A stretch of 64,000 bases of DNA, from assembly GCF_006345805.1 (NCBI RefSeq), contig NC_043005.1, positions 37,820,001 through 37,884,000 of the forward strand, written 5' to 3'. Positions within the stretch are counted from its first letter, which is position 1, and the number at the start of each line of letters is the position of its first letter. Of the stretch, positions 12,911-26,259 are shown in pieces. The translations under genes and the position numbers were made by a program. The notes under the pieces were generated by a model. That model was given only the letters and a program-made list of their open reading frames with translations. It ran no database searches and had not been told where the DNA came from. This stretch comes from Octopus sinensis. Its lineage: Eukaryota.

Positions 12911-13288
12911 TCATGGCATGCCATCCCTTATGACAATGAGGTTTCCAGTTGATTTGATCAAGGGAACAGCCTGCTTGTGAAATTAACATGTAAGTGGCTG
13001 AGCACTCCACAGACACATGTACTCTTAATATAGTTCTCAGGGAGATTAAGCGTAACACAGCATGTGACAAGGCTGGCCCTTTGAAATACAGGTAACAGGT
13101 ACAACAGAAACAGGAAGGAGCGAGAGAAAGTTGTGGTGGAAGAATACAGCAGGGTTTGCCACTATACCCTGCCAGAGCCACATGGAGCTTTCACTCAATA
13201 AACACTCACAACACCTGGTCTGGGAATCGAAACCGCAATCATATGACTGTGAGTCCACTGCCCTAACCACTTAGCCATTGTGTCTCCA
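12911..13288 (-). mobile_element. tRNA-derived SINE, distinct family E
   Basis: Minus-strand head TGGCTAAGTGGTTAGGGCAGTGGACTCACAGTC...GGTTTCGATTCCCAGACC (A and B boxes) followed by a ~300-bp body unlike families A, B and D. Confidence 0.7.
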
Positions 13289-13294
13289 TTATAT

Positions 13295-16200
13295 CATCAT
13301 CATCATCATCATCATTTAGCGTCCGTTTTCCATGCTAGCATGGGTTGGACAGTTCTACTGGGGTCTGTGAAGCCAGAAGGCTTCATCAGGCCCAGTCAAA
13401 TCTGGCAGTGTTTCTACGGCTGGATGCCCTTCCTAACGCCAACCACTCCGTGAGTGTAGTGGGTGCTTTTTACGTGCCACCCGCACTGGTGCCAGACAGA
13501 GCTGGCAAACGGCCACGAACGGATGGTGCTTTTTATGTGCCACTGGCACGAGGGCCAGGCGAGGCTGGCAACGGACACGAAACGGGGCGGTGCTGGCAAC
13601 CGTCGCGAAACGGAAAGTTCTCTTACATGCCACCGGCACTGGTAACACATCTGCAATTTCCATTGATCGATTTCCATTGATCGATTTCGATTCTGATCCT
13701 CACTTGCCTCAATGGGTCTTCACAAGCAGAGTTTCGACATGCCACCGGCACTGGTAGCACATCCGCAATTTCCATTGATCGATTTCGATTCTGATCCTCA
13801 CTTGCCTCAACACGTCTTCACAAGTAGAGTTTTGTGTCCCAAGAGGGAAGGTATGCATACGTAGGCTGGCTCCATCCCATGTAGAAGGCCACGGGTTGTG
13901 GACTCACTTGTCCTGCCGGGTCTTCTCGCGCACAGCACACTTCCAGAGGTCTTGGTCTCTAGTCATTTCCTCAGTGAGACCTAAAGTTCGAAGGTCGTGC
14001 TTCACCACCTCGTCCCAGGTTTTCCTGGGTCTGCCTCTTCCACAGGTTCCCTCAACCGCTAGGGTGTGGCACTTTTTCACACAACTATCTTCATCCATTC
14101 TCGCCACATGACCATACCAGCGCAAACGTCTCTCTTGCACACCACAACTGATGCTTCTTAGGTCCAGCTTTCCTCTCATGGTACTTATACTCTGCTGAGT
14201 GTGAGTACCGGCATTACACATCCATCGGAGCATACTGGCTTCATTTCTAGCGAGCTTACACATATCCTCAGCAGTCACGGCCCATGTTTCACTGCCATGT
14301 AGCATGGCTGTTCGTACACACGCATCATACAGTCTGCCTTTCACTCTGTGCGAGAGGCCTTTTGTCACCAGCAGAGGTAAGAGCTCTCTGAACTTTGCCC
14401 AAGCTATTCTTACTCTAGCAGTTACACTTTCAGCACACCCGCCCCCGCTGCTGACTTGGTCACCTAGGTAACGGAAACTATCAACTATTTCTAGTTTTTC
14501 TCCCTGGAAAGTGACGGAAGTTGGTCTCAGAGCATTTTCAGTGTTTATTGTTCCTGAGCATCTGCCACATACAAAAACCATCTTCCTAGTTAGCCTTCCT
14601 TTGACATTGCTGCATCTCTTATGTGTCCATAGCTTACACTTGGTGCATCTTATAGAGTTTCTACCTACACCTTTTCTACAGATCGAGCAGGGCCATCTAC
14701 CTGAAGGTGTTTGTGATTTGTCTACCTTCCTACTGATTACGACTTTGGTTTTAGCTAGATTGACTCTGAGGCCCTTCGATTCTAATCCTTGTTTCCACAC
14801 CTGAAACTTCTCCTCCAGTTCTGATAGTGACTCAGCAATTAGAGCAAGGTCATCAGCATAGAGGAGCTCCCAAGGGCATCCTGTCTTGAGTTCCTCCGTT
14901 ATTGCCTGGAGGACTATGATAAATAGGAGGGGGCTGAGTACTGAGCCTTGGTGGACCCCTACCTCTACCCGGAATTCTTCACTGTACTCATTTCCAACCC
15001 TCACCCTACTAGCGGCGTCCCTATACATGGCCTGCACAGCTCTCAGTAACCATTCATCTATCCCTAGTTTTCTCATTGCCCACCAGATAAGGGATCGGGG
15101 GACCCTGTCAAAGGCTTTCTCCATGTCAACAAAAGCCAGGTACAGGGGCTTATCTTTGGCTAGGTATTTCTCCTGCAGCTGCCTTACCAGGAATATAGCA
15201 TCAGTAGTACTTTTCCCTGGCACAAACCCAAACTGCATCTCATCTAAACTAACTCTCTCTCTAATTAGTTGGGCTATGACCCTCTCCGTAACCTTCATCA
15301 CCTGGTCCAACAGCTTGATACCTCTGTAGTTATTTGTATCTAGGGCATGACCTTTACCTTTGTAGCAGTTGACTATTATACTGCTACACCAGTCATTGGG
15401 TATGACCCCTTTGTGTATCACCTGATTAACTATATGGGTGACTAGGCTATAGCCGACACTACCAGACATTTTGAGCATCTATGCAGTGATTCCTGATGGG
15501 CCTGGGGCTTTCCCTGTCTTCATGCTTCTAATTGCCTTAGCTACCACAGAACTATCAACTCGGATAGCTGGTCCCTCTGTTGGGTCAACATTCGGCAGAC
15601 TCTCTTTATCCCATTCATTTTCTTCATTCAGCAACCTTTCATAGTGGCATCTCCAAACCTCTCTCTTTGCATCCTCATTTAGCGCAAGTGAACCATCTTC
15701 CATGCGAACACACTTCTCTCCTACCACATCACGATTCTCTCTCACACACTGTCTTGCAACACGAAACACCTCCAGTCTTTGGTCCTCACGGCGCAGAACA
15801 TTGGCAAATTTTTTCTTATCTGCTTCCCCTCTGGCTAAATAAACCTGTCTCCTAGCTTCTCTTTTGGCAGTCTGATACAATTCCCTGCTACCCCCATTTT
15901 TCCAGACCTTCCAAGCCTGTCTCTTTTCTCTAATAGCCTTGTCTACAATATTGTTCCACCACCACGTTATTCTAGGTCGAGAGGGGACTTTGCACCAGCC
16001 ACAGATCTAGTCAGTGGCTCTCAGCAGGTTGTCCCTTAGAAACGTCCAGCTGTCTTCTACCCCCTGTGATGCTCTATCCCCTTCTACTTCGTCAGAGGCT
16101 TCAAGTAATATGTCCCTAAATCTCTGTCCATTTGCAGGATCTTTAAGCTTCCAGATCCTTCTTCTCCATATTTGTCGTCTTCTGGTTGTCCTCCTAGTCC

Positions 16201-16868
16201 TGATCCTAAAGTCACTAACTACCAGTCTATGTTGTGGGGTACATTCTTCACCTGGGAAGGTTTTGGCATTTATAAGCAGCCATCTCTCCCTTTGCCTTGT
16301 AAGGATGTAGTCAATTTGGCTGGTATGTTGGCCCGATTGGTAAGTGACTAGGTGGCTGGTAGATTTCCTGAAGTTAGTGTTGCAAATCATAAGATTATTT
16401 CCATCGCAGAACTCCAGCAGCCTGGTTCCCTCCTCGTTGCGGGAGCCATAGCCATAGCCTCCATGTACGCCATGGAAGCCCCCAGCATGTCGTCCAACGT
16501 GACCATTGAAGTCACCAGCCACAAAGATAAGGTCTCTGTCGTTCGTCAATGAGGTAGTCTGCAGTAGAGTGTCATAGAATCGGTCTTTCTGTCCATCGGG
16601 TAGCCCCGACTGAGGAGCATAGGCTGATATAATGGTTGCTAAACTATGATGAAGCACTAATCTAATCTTAAGTATTCTGTCACTTACTCTGATTACCTCA
16701 ATTACTTTATCTACCCATTTCTCAGCGATAAGTATACCCACGCCACCAACCCCGTCAGTGTTCCCTGCCCAGAAAATCTTGTACCTGCGTTCCTTGCCTG
16801 TGAGGAACCTAGCTGATCCTCCTCTCCACCTTATTTCTTGCATGCAACATATTCTTGCATGCAACATA
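13295..16868 (-). mobile_element. RTE-clade LINE copy 1, nearly full length: APE endonuclease, RT with PHD insertion, ~600-bp 3' UTR and (GAT)n tail
   Basis: One reading frame from ~16850 to 13904: CMQEIRW, SAYAP, GDFNGH, SQIDYIL (APE); KAPGPSG, YRGIKLL, QFGF, DMEKAFD, GVHQGSVLSP, YADD, FRYLG (RT); HGSETW, LRWYGH, GRGRPRKTW (RTE C-terminus). Two premature TAGs (16007-16009, 15479-15481), no frameshift. Extreme 5' end is missing. Confidence 0.96.
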
Positions 16869-18298
16869 TATATATATATACACATAAATATATATATACT
16901 CAAATACATACATATGCATACACACACATATATATACATGTATATACACACACAGATATACACATACATATATATATATACACACATACATGCATACATA
17001 CATACATATATGTATATATATTTTCAACCACCTTTAAACACCACTCCTCTTACATTCATATCAACTTATTCACCCAAACTCTGAGCCTTCATCTGTATTC
17101 TCTTCTAATACTCACCGTTTTGTACGTTGAGGGTATAATCTGACACCTTGTTACCAAAATCTCCAACTTCTCTCTATATATTCCCACCCACACTTATATA
17201 TTGTAAGATATCCATGTACTATATTTACAGCAAAACACTTGCCTGTCCATTATAGTTTAACCTCTAAACACTAGCCATAAAGCTACCCCATCTTACATCT
17301 ACAACCTCACTCATTGAGAAGATTTCTTCATTTTCTTTGTCTTGAAAGTTACGAGGTGATCTCACTAGTATTCATGTCATGAAAAAGACACCCAGTACAC
17401 TATGTAAAGTGGTTGACATTTAGAAGGTCATCCAGCTGTAGAAGCTATTGCCAAAGCTAACACTGGTCTTCAACTCAGTCCTCTAGCTCAGGGGATTCTA
17501 TCAAACCATCAAACCCACACTAGTATGGAAGACAGACTATATATCATTATGATGCTATGTCAGTTTAACTACCAATTCTCAAAGAGAGAGCTAGAGCTCC
17601 TGAACTAAGCTCACACTTCCTAGTCTTAGAGAAGAATCAATATTCAATTTTCATACCTTAAAGAGGCTTTATAAAATGCTAATAGATTGAAATTATTACC
17701 TTAATTAACATTTTATTCTCATACATTTCATTTTGGTACCATATGGTGTCTTGTTGCAAGCACCATATGGCGTACTTATTTGGAAAGAATGTTTTAATGT
17801 AAAATATCTTTCTTTCTGTTTTCAAGTTAGAAATGTGCTAGAAAAATTATAACACGGTTATCTTTGTGAAGAGGATTCAGCATCTCATTTTTGCTTTGTG
17901 TTTTGGTTTGTTTTTGTTAGTCTTTTTAAGCTTTACTAAATTTAAAATTTTTCTACTTTCAATTAATACCAGATGATACTGGCATAAAATACGTTTCTGT
18001 CTCTCTCCTCTTCCTTCTCGCCCACTTACATCTATTCGCTCATTCTCATGCATACATATATATATATACACATATGCACATACACATACGAACACACTCA
18101 TAGAGTTGATGAAATACAAAACTTTAGACAAGTGTATAACTTAAAGAAAACAATTTGATAACGATACACAGTCATATACTATAAAGTAAAAGAATGCATG
18201 TACAATCACTCACACATAAATGTGCTTGAAACTTACACTAAGGTAAGTAAATATGCATTCAAATGCTAGCAGAGAAATAGGTACTTAAACATATGTGG

Positions 18299-18340
<42 letters not shown>

Positions 18341-18521
18341 GTATACACACGTATATGTATATATGTGTATATGTATGTGTGTATATATACATATGTATGT
18401 ATATATGTGTGTATATAAATATATGTGTACGTATATATGTATATGTGTGTATATATATGTATATATGTATATGTATGTATATATGTGTATGTATATATAT
18501 ATTTATATGTGTATATGTATG

Positions 18522-18559
<38 letters not shown>

Positions 18560-18863
18560 TGGATGTATGTATATGTATGTATACATATATAGTGGGTGAT
18601 TTCCATCATTTGACACCATTCCATCATTTGGGATTTCAGTTGTTTAATTATCTGAAATACTTTTTACCTGAATTATCATGTAAGTGGCAGAGTATTCCAT
18701 AGACATGTCTACCCTTAATGTAATTCTCAGGCAGAATCATCATGAGACAGTGTGTGAAATGGTTGTCTTTAGATTACAATGACAGTCTATCTGACAAGTT
18801 TCAATTCAGTTTCCAGTGACCAAATCTCTCTCCCTCTCTCTCCTTCACACATACACAGATATA

Positions 18864-19192
18864 TCTTTATATATAAAAGTGAAGTTGTGTGTCTGTCTCC
18901 TACGATTTAGATTCCTAACTACTCCCACATTTTGCGGTGCAGTTTAACCAAAACTGGGTATCTTATAGTTGTGATTCATATCGAGCCCTTCTGGGTATTA
19001 GCGTGCGTCTACGATGAGTCTACGATTTAAAAAATAATTTACCATCATTTTTTTCCATTTTAATGCATTTTTTCGCCTTTATATAAGGGAAGTAACTCTC
19101 TAAAAATGTCTACGATGAGTCAACGATTTTAAAAAAATGCTTATATAGTTATTTCCCTTACAAACCCGAGCAACGCCGGGCAATACTGCTAG
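18864..19192 (+). mobile_element. Non-autonomous Helitron-like element
   Basis: Starts A|TC(TTTATATATAAAA), ends with the subterminal hairpin CCCG-AGCAACGC-CGGG and CTAG|T; no TSD. Confidence 0.75.
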
Positions 19193-19711
19193 TGATAAAT
19201 ATAATAAATACACCCATTGGTTTATGTTCTAAACTTACATCCACAATATGCAACACAAATGTTTCTATAATCTCTATGTATTCTTCATAGAAATTATCAT
19301 ATGATTTGAATGACCAAATCTATAAGGATCTTTGAATCTAGCTTTTTCAGTAAATAGCAGTAACAGACATATACATTTAGTAATCATGTCACGAAGCACT
19401 CAGCTGTATGCACTGATAATCACAGCAAGTTATTGATGATACGAGGCATAATATCTATATGCAAATAGATTTGTATAGATATCTTTAAATTGATAACTAG
19501 AGGTCAAATCACTTTGAGGCATAGAGGATAGGTAAGGATTCTTCCGACAGAACCAGCTTTAAGTAACAAATGATTTTATTCTTCACATTAATTGTATGAT
19601 AAAGTTGATAGTTTAGGTGTTGTTGTACTTGTTTGTTAAGTCACTTGATCTAAGATCATCTGTTGAAACTGTAGCAATTATATCGTGGTAGTGTGACGAT
19701 TATCACATGAA

Positions 19712-20100
19712 ATATGGCTGTGTGGTAAGTAGCTTGCTTACCAACCACATGGTTCTGGGTTCATTCCCACTGCATGTTACCTTGGGCAAGTGTCTTCTAC
19801 TATAGCCTCAGGCCAATCAAAGCCTTGTGAATGGATTTTGTAGATGGAAACTGAAAGAAGCCCATTGTATATATGTATGTGTATATGTTTGTGTGTGTTT
19901 GTCCCTCCAACATTGCTTGACAACTGATGGTGGTGTGTTTACATCCCCATAACTTAGCAGTTCGGCAAAAAGGGACCGATAGAAGAAGTACTAGGGTTCC
20001 AAAGAATAAGTCCTGTGGTCGATTTGCTCAACTAAAGGCGGTGCTCCAGCATGGCCACAGTCAAATGACTGAAACAAGTAAAAGAATAAAAGAGACATGT
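19712..20100 (+). mobile_element. SINE family A, full length
   Basis: Same head, CORE-like block and tail as 12446-12862 and 52934-53342. Confidence 0.85.
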
Positions 20101-20548
20101 CATTATATTCACTCATTGTTATCTTTTATTTTGTGTGCATGAATTCACACACACACACACACACATTTAAATATATATATACACATATGTATATACATAT
20201 ACACACATATATATGTATGTATCCGGCAAATGAAAGATGGAAGATGTGTATATGAGAATTTATTATTAATCACAACAATTGTTTTGACACATCTAGCATC
20301 GATTCCTCTTGGGTGGGACTCAACAACTGATTCAGGAGCATCTGGTGTTGCAGATGTATCTCGTTGGGTGATAAATAAATACAACTCATTAAAATGACTG
20401 TTCCGCAATGTAACTTTCCGTTCTGTAGAGAGAAAAGCAGCCAGACGGAGGAAATATCTTCATTTATATAAAAGATCAAAAATAAAATCACAGATGGCAA
20501 AAGAAGAAATGAACATGCAATCCAGTGAGAAAAGTATAAATATATATA

Positions 20549-21462
20549 CTAGCTGATGTACCCTGTAATTCCTGGGAAAGCGGGGCTTATCCCTTGGTTC
20601 CGTTCTTATAATTATTTCGCTAACCCAGTAACAATACAAAGTATAAAGCCTTTAAAATGGTTTTTGTGCATTTACAGAGAATACCGAAGTGTTTTACACA
20701 GGATCTTGTTTTTAATAATTCCCAGTAAGTTATGAATACCCAAATTGTGAAGTCAGTTATGTAATAACATGAAATGAGTTATGTGATAGTAAGAATTCAA
20801 ATAAAGTGGCCCCATAAAGGGCTTTAATGCATTCCCAGAGTATATAGAACAAGGGAGGAAATACTAAGAAGGTATGTATTCTAAAATTGTGAAGCATGTT
20901 ACTTAATTATAGGCTAGTCAGATATAAGATAATAACGATTCAAAGTAAATAACTCTGAAAAGGACTTTTGTGCATTCCCAGGGAATATTACTCTCCGGAG
21001 CACTAGTGTTGGTATATTCAAGAATAAGTCACTAACTGAAATAAGTGGATCTATTGTTTAGGAAAATACTATTTACTTGTTTAAAGTTTGTACTGGATAC
21101 ATTGTGAAAATAACTGTAACAGTTTAAATTCTAAGAAGTAAGCATACTCAATTTCATTTTTACCAAATAATTTAGGAAAATGAATGGGTTATTTCCCTTG
21201 GTTATATATAAGGATAATTTCCAGGAGCAAATGTGTTATTTCCCTTGGTTTTTAAAATAAAATATATTAGATATATATAAGGATCCCTTCCAGGGGCTCT
21301 ATTATCCATATTTTTTCAACAATCTGAGTATGCCTTGAGGTTTCCAGACATAAGTTCTACTCGTGTAAAGTTTCATCAAAACCGATAAAAACGATGTAGG
21401 AGGAGTTTGCTAGCAACTCCACAAACATACCTACAGACAGAATTTCCCACTTATGAGGTAGA
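20549..21462 (-). mobile_element. Non-autonomous Helitron-like element
   Basis: Minus strand starts A|TCTACC...TCTGTCTGTAGG...GGTTTTGATGAAACTT and ends CCCAGGAATTACAGGGTACATCAGCTAG|T; internal ATTTCCCTTGGTT repeats. Confidence 0.6.
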
Positions 21463-21558
21463 TTTCTTACAAAGACCATGAAGTTGCTGTGATGTTCAGG
21501 ATCAAATAATAAATCCTAAGTATTTAGACATCAATTAATCACAAGTCTTTATGTATGT

Positions 21559-21896
21559 AAAGGGTAAAGACCCCCTTCGGTCATGAGTGACCATGGGTTT
21601 GCACCTAGAGAGTTACCCTCTGAGGCACAAGTCTGGGCAAGGTTGTTTTTTTTATGGAAGACCAGTAGTCGCCCATGCATACCGGCCTCCCCTCTCCACG
21701 CCACCAGTGTTATCCAAGGGAAAGATAAAGGTCGATACAGCTTGGCACCTGTGACGTCGCAACTCATTTCTACAGCTGAGTGAACTGGAGCAGCGTGAAA
21801 TAAAGTGTCTTGCTCAAGAACACAACACGCAGCCCGGTCCGGGATTCGACCTCAGAACCTCACGATCGTAAGCTCGACGCTCTAACCACTGAGCCA

Positions 21897-21899
<3 letters not shown>
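21559..21899 (-). mobile_element. tRNA-derived CORE-type SINE, family B, full length
   Basis: Minus-strand head GCATGGCTCAGTGGTTAGAGCG...GAGGTCGAATCCCGGACC, CORE-like TTGAGCAAGACACTT, 3' end GGGGGTCTTTACCC. Second full copy at 36052-36386; degenerate copy at ~29490-29690. Confidence 0.85.
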
Positions 21900-21945
<46 letters not shown>

Positions 21946-22069
21946 TAAGAATAAGGGAGGAGATAAATTTTGATTATCCCCAAATGGTAAGTTTTAATGC
22001 AAAAAATAAATATATATATATAAAATGGAAGAAGGAAAAAGCACACAAATTACATAGTCATAACATATT

Positions 22070-22338
22070 TTATAACTGAAAGAGTATTGTTTTTCAACTG
22101 GTTTCACTTTCACTAACCATGATATAGAAATTATTGTAATTTCATATTTTCTTAAGAAGATTTTAGTCCATGTTGTGTATGGGGGTTTGTGTATGGGAGT
22201 TTATGTATAGGGCTTTCATTTACAAACCCCAGATACAATGTAGACTAAAATCTTAAGAAACTACGAAATTACAATAATTTCAATGTCATGATTAGTGAAA
22301 GTGAAACCAATTGACAAACAATACTCTTTCACTTATAA
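22070..22338. repeat. Fold-back element: ~120-bp inverted arms with a ~30-bp loop
   Basis: GAAAGAGTATTGTTT...GGTTTCACTTTCACTAA...GATTTTAGTC versus its reverse complement at 22222-22338; flanked by TA-rich tracts. Confidence 0.8.
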
Positions 22339-22390
22339 GATATATTAAAAAATATATTAAAACTATGTAATCTGTGTGCTTTTTCATCGT

Positions 22391-22453
<63 letters not shown>

Positions 22454-23589
22454 TTTGGTGCATTATTGTGGCTTTTTTTCAAAACATTTTATTCAACAGA
22501 AACAATAACAATATTTAACAAAAACATCTTTAAATTACGGTCTGACCATCTGCCAAACAAATGGGAAGCAGTAATTAAAGTAGATGGTGAATATGCTTCA
22601 GAATAATCATTTAAAGATGTTTTTGTTGCATGTTATTATTGTTTTTGTTGAATAGAATTTGTTGAAAAAAAAAGCTGCAATAATTATGCACTAACCCAAT
22701 ATATATGTATATATATGTGTGTGTGTGTGTGTGTATGTGTTTTATTGACTAAAATGATCTTAAGGTCAACTTTTTTAGAATATAAGCAGAACAAAATGTA
22801 GTTCATATATAGTTCATACTTTCCAATAGCTGTTTCATTAGGATGAACATCATTCATTGTATAATAACTTAACAGTGAAACACCATTATTTAATGCATAT
22901 TAATTTAATTTAAATTCAATTGTTTTGTTAGCAATTGTAAATTGTGTTTCCCTACAAAATCAAAAGTTTTATATGTGATAACTCAATACTCCTGATAAGT
23001 ATTTGGGTAATTGTTTTCTTAGGCAAAATAGACTCGAGGAAATCAGTAGAATTTTAATGATGATGATAAATAATGCTTTCAAATCTTGGCAGGGGGGGGG
23101 GCAATATTTTTGAATTAAGAGTAAGTCAATTACATGAACCCTCAGTACTTAACTGGTACTTATTTTATTTGACCTCAAAAAGTTGAAAGGAAAGCCAACC
23201 TCAGCAGAATGTGAAGGAGAGGAAATCCCATTAAGCATTTTGCCTAGCATGCTAATGGTTAAACCAGCTTATTACCTAAATGTTGGTAAATAATACAGAA
23301 AGAATATTTAAGTTGGCAGTGGATAAAAATATTTTGGCTGAAGCAATTGCATTAGAATATAAGAATTGGCACAGTGTTTAGTACAAAGCTTGTTTGCTGT
23401 TAATAACATGCCATTGTCCAGTAGTTGAACTTGTAGACATTAGCAACAAAGTTATTCCTAAATGTTATTGATTTATAGTTAAAAAACAGGGTTTTTGGTT
23501 TATTAGAGAGCTTATAAATTGAAACACTACTTGAGGAATAAAAATGAAAGATGCAAGTTGTGACTAGTATTCTTATCAGTGTAGACACA

Positions 23590-24026
23590 AGCATAGCTGT
23601 GTGTTAAGAATGTTGCTTCCCAATCACATGGTTTCAGGTTCAGTCCCACTGCATGTCACCTCGACAAGTGTTTTCTACTATAACTCTAAACTGACCAAAG
23701 TCTTGTGTGTGGATTTGGTAGATGGAAATTGAAACTGCTATATATATATAAATATGCATATGTGTTTCTGTTTCCATGTTTCTGTCTCCATGACGTGATA
23801 GTTGTAAATGAGTGTTACTATTATGCAAGCAATATACCTCATTTCCAGTCTTCTGTAAAAACACGTATGGTCTTGGGGAAACATTACCATACTAGGAAAC
23901 AGGTGAAGTTTAGCAACAGAAAGGACATCCAGCTGTAAAAAATCTACCTCAACAAATTCCATTTGATCCATACAAGTATCAATGAAGTGGATGTTTAAAC
24001 AATGATGATGATGATGATGATGATGA
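23590..24026 (+). mobile_element. SINE with family-A head/CORE and an RTE-type 3' tail ending in (GAT)n
   Basis: Head as family A; 3' end AAAGGACATCCAGCTGTAAAA...TTTAAACAAT(GAT)n is homologous to the RTE 3' end at 45205-45343. Related degenerate copies at ~28960-29345 and ~48425-48830. Confidence 0.7.
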
Positions 24027-25569
24027 ATATAGTATGCGGATAAACTATTTAATTTAAGAAGTATGACAGAGTAGAATTAATTTAATGATTGTAGTTGTTA
24101 TTAGTGCAGTTATTAGTTAATGGTTAATAGTGATGGGTGATGATAAGTGGGCAGTATCAAAAAGTTCCAGAAAATCATAGAATTAATGAAGAAACACTAC
24201 ACATTTACTGAATGACTCTAAAATGGAATGGAGTGAAAGTCAAATCACTGCAAGTACTTTAGTAATATAAGCTATAAGATGTGATGCATTCTGAAAAGGT
24301 TTTGTTCTTCAGCTCATGCCACACCATGTTGCTTACAATCTCCATGATATTCACCATCTTTCAGGGCAAAACGAAAACATCAAATAAAATCTGTTATTTC
24401 CTGATACAATGTTTTATATTGCTTGAAATGAATTTATATATATTCAAGTTTTTAGATTTCCATTTAGTATTGATGATGATAAAAGTTACATTTTATATGC
24501 TCTGTAATTACACTTATTCTGTCTATTCTAATACACTAGACTGAAGCTACAGCAACTGTTTCTTTCACTTTAAAACTCTTACACATAATGTTTATGATAA
24601 TACAATTCATGGAAAAGAAAAAAAAATCTTCATTACTTTTCTTGGAATCAAACAACAGAATTAGAAATCTCTTTTGTATAAAACATGACAGGAGGTATTT
24701 ACAAGAGAAATATCTTGCCAAAAGCCAAGGTACCACATAGACACCAAGAACAAATATCTCTTTGAAATAGTTACCTGAATTCTTTAAGAAAAATAATTCA
24801 CTACTTCTGTTAGGAAAACTGCTATATGCCAATGTTACTAAGTGACAAGGTAGAAGTAAGATAATTTAGAAAAGTATTTAACCATAAGAATGTAATTTAA
24901 AACAGTTATTAATTTTGTGTGTATATGCATATCTACAATATAATATATGATATGATATTTTTATAACTACTGCCTTAGACAGAAAAGAAAAATATTCAGG
25001 TATTTTGCACAGAATTTGAATCATGTGTCTGCTGTGTATAGGACAGCCACATTGCCAACTGCCCCAAAGATTTTCTGCACAAATTCATCAGTCAAATTAG
25101 CTCCTATAGTTGTTTTGCTGGAATAAAAATATCACCCCCCCCCCTCCACCTCATCACACGTAGATCACAGATAACTTTGTAGAAACTTGTGTGTGTATTT
25201 ATACATATATATGTGTGTGTAGATATATGTCCATTAATGAATTGGTGTTATATCAATTAGTTAAAAGAATTGATGTTATATGATTACTTTCAATAGTTTA
25301 CAGGTGTTTCTATTATAAAAAGCACTGCATTCAAAAACGAGTGCTTCTGCAACATTTTATACTCTGCTCCGAGTCATATACTCAATGGGTGCTGAAATGT
25401 TTGTGTCGTGAAAGGTCTAGCTGGAGGCCCAAACTTACAAGGGCTTAGAAAAACTGAAGGACTGCTTCAATAAGTGTGTGAATCTGAGAGGGGGATATGT
25501 TAAATAAATTCATAATCAACTGATCCTCCTGTATTTTCTTTTACCCAAAGCCAAGAACTTTTCAGCACC

Positions 25570-25610
<41 letters not shown>

Positions 25611-26218
25611 TGTTATATTAGAAGAAAAATCAAAAGATGTATATATATATATAACTGTTGCATTTGTTTACTTTCTTAATAAAAAGGTACACATAAAATT
25701 GTACAGTCATAAATAAAGAATGAATTAATTAAATTAATAATCAATTTATCTCATCATTCTTTTGTTAACACATTTAGTTGTTCTTTTAACAATAAAGTAA
25801 AAAGTTGACTCAGCTCCACATAAAGTTTCAAGGGTGCACAAGACATCTACAATTTTAGATGTATTGAATCAGATTGAAGAGAATTTAAAAGAATTTTCAT
25901 TGAATTATATTTAAATCAGAAGTAATGTTTATTGTCACATCAGTATGATTGTTTGACATTACTACGCTTTCTAATCCCAGGAAGGGTCATATTGAAGTGG
26001 TGATAAACATTACGCTTCAGTATAGTTACTACACTACTGTCAGCTCTTAGAGGAGATTTTCTAACTAGCTACTTTGCTTATATATATAAATCTTCAGATG
26101 TATGAAATCAAAGTAGAAAAAGATTTTAATTCTTTTAAACACTCTGACTCTGTAGATCTGAGGATAAGACGATACATACAAAAACCTTTAAGCAATGTTG
26201 GGATGATCAACCTGTTAC

Positions 26219-26259
<41 letters not shown>

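Noticed and set aside
13365-13395. Hammerhead at CTGATGA in the RTE 3' UTR (minus strand)
   Set aside because: CTGATGA runs into a TGAAGCC/GGCTTCA hairpin with no following GAAA, and copy 2 reads CTGGTGCA here.
14511-16552. Plus-strand ORFs overlapping RTE copy 1 (and minus-strand ORFs over copy 2)
   Set aside because: Antisense shadows of the LINE ORF with no independent protein features.
20230-20397. 55-codon ORF with a signal-peptide-like stretch (MKDGRCVYENLLLITTIVLTHLAS...) as first exon of the sushi gene
   Set aside because: No convincing phase-1 donor and no recognisable homology; compatible with chance.
25307-25480. Possible plus-strand exon after TTTACAG (also candidates at ~1069-1133, 26832 and 62887-62925)
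   Set aside because: Frames close or lack recognisable motifs, and splice-site pairs are weak; not supportable without transcript data.
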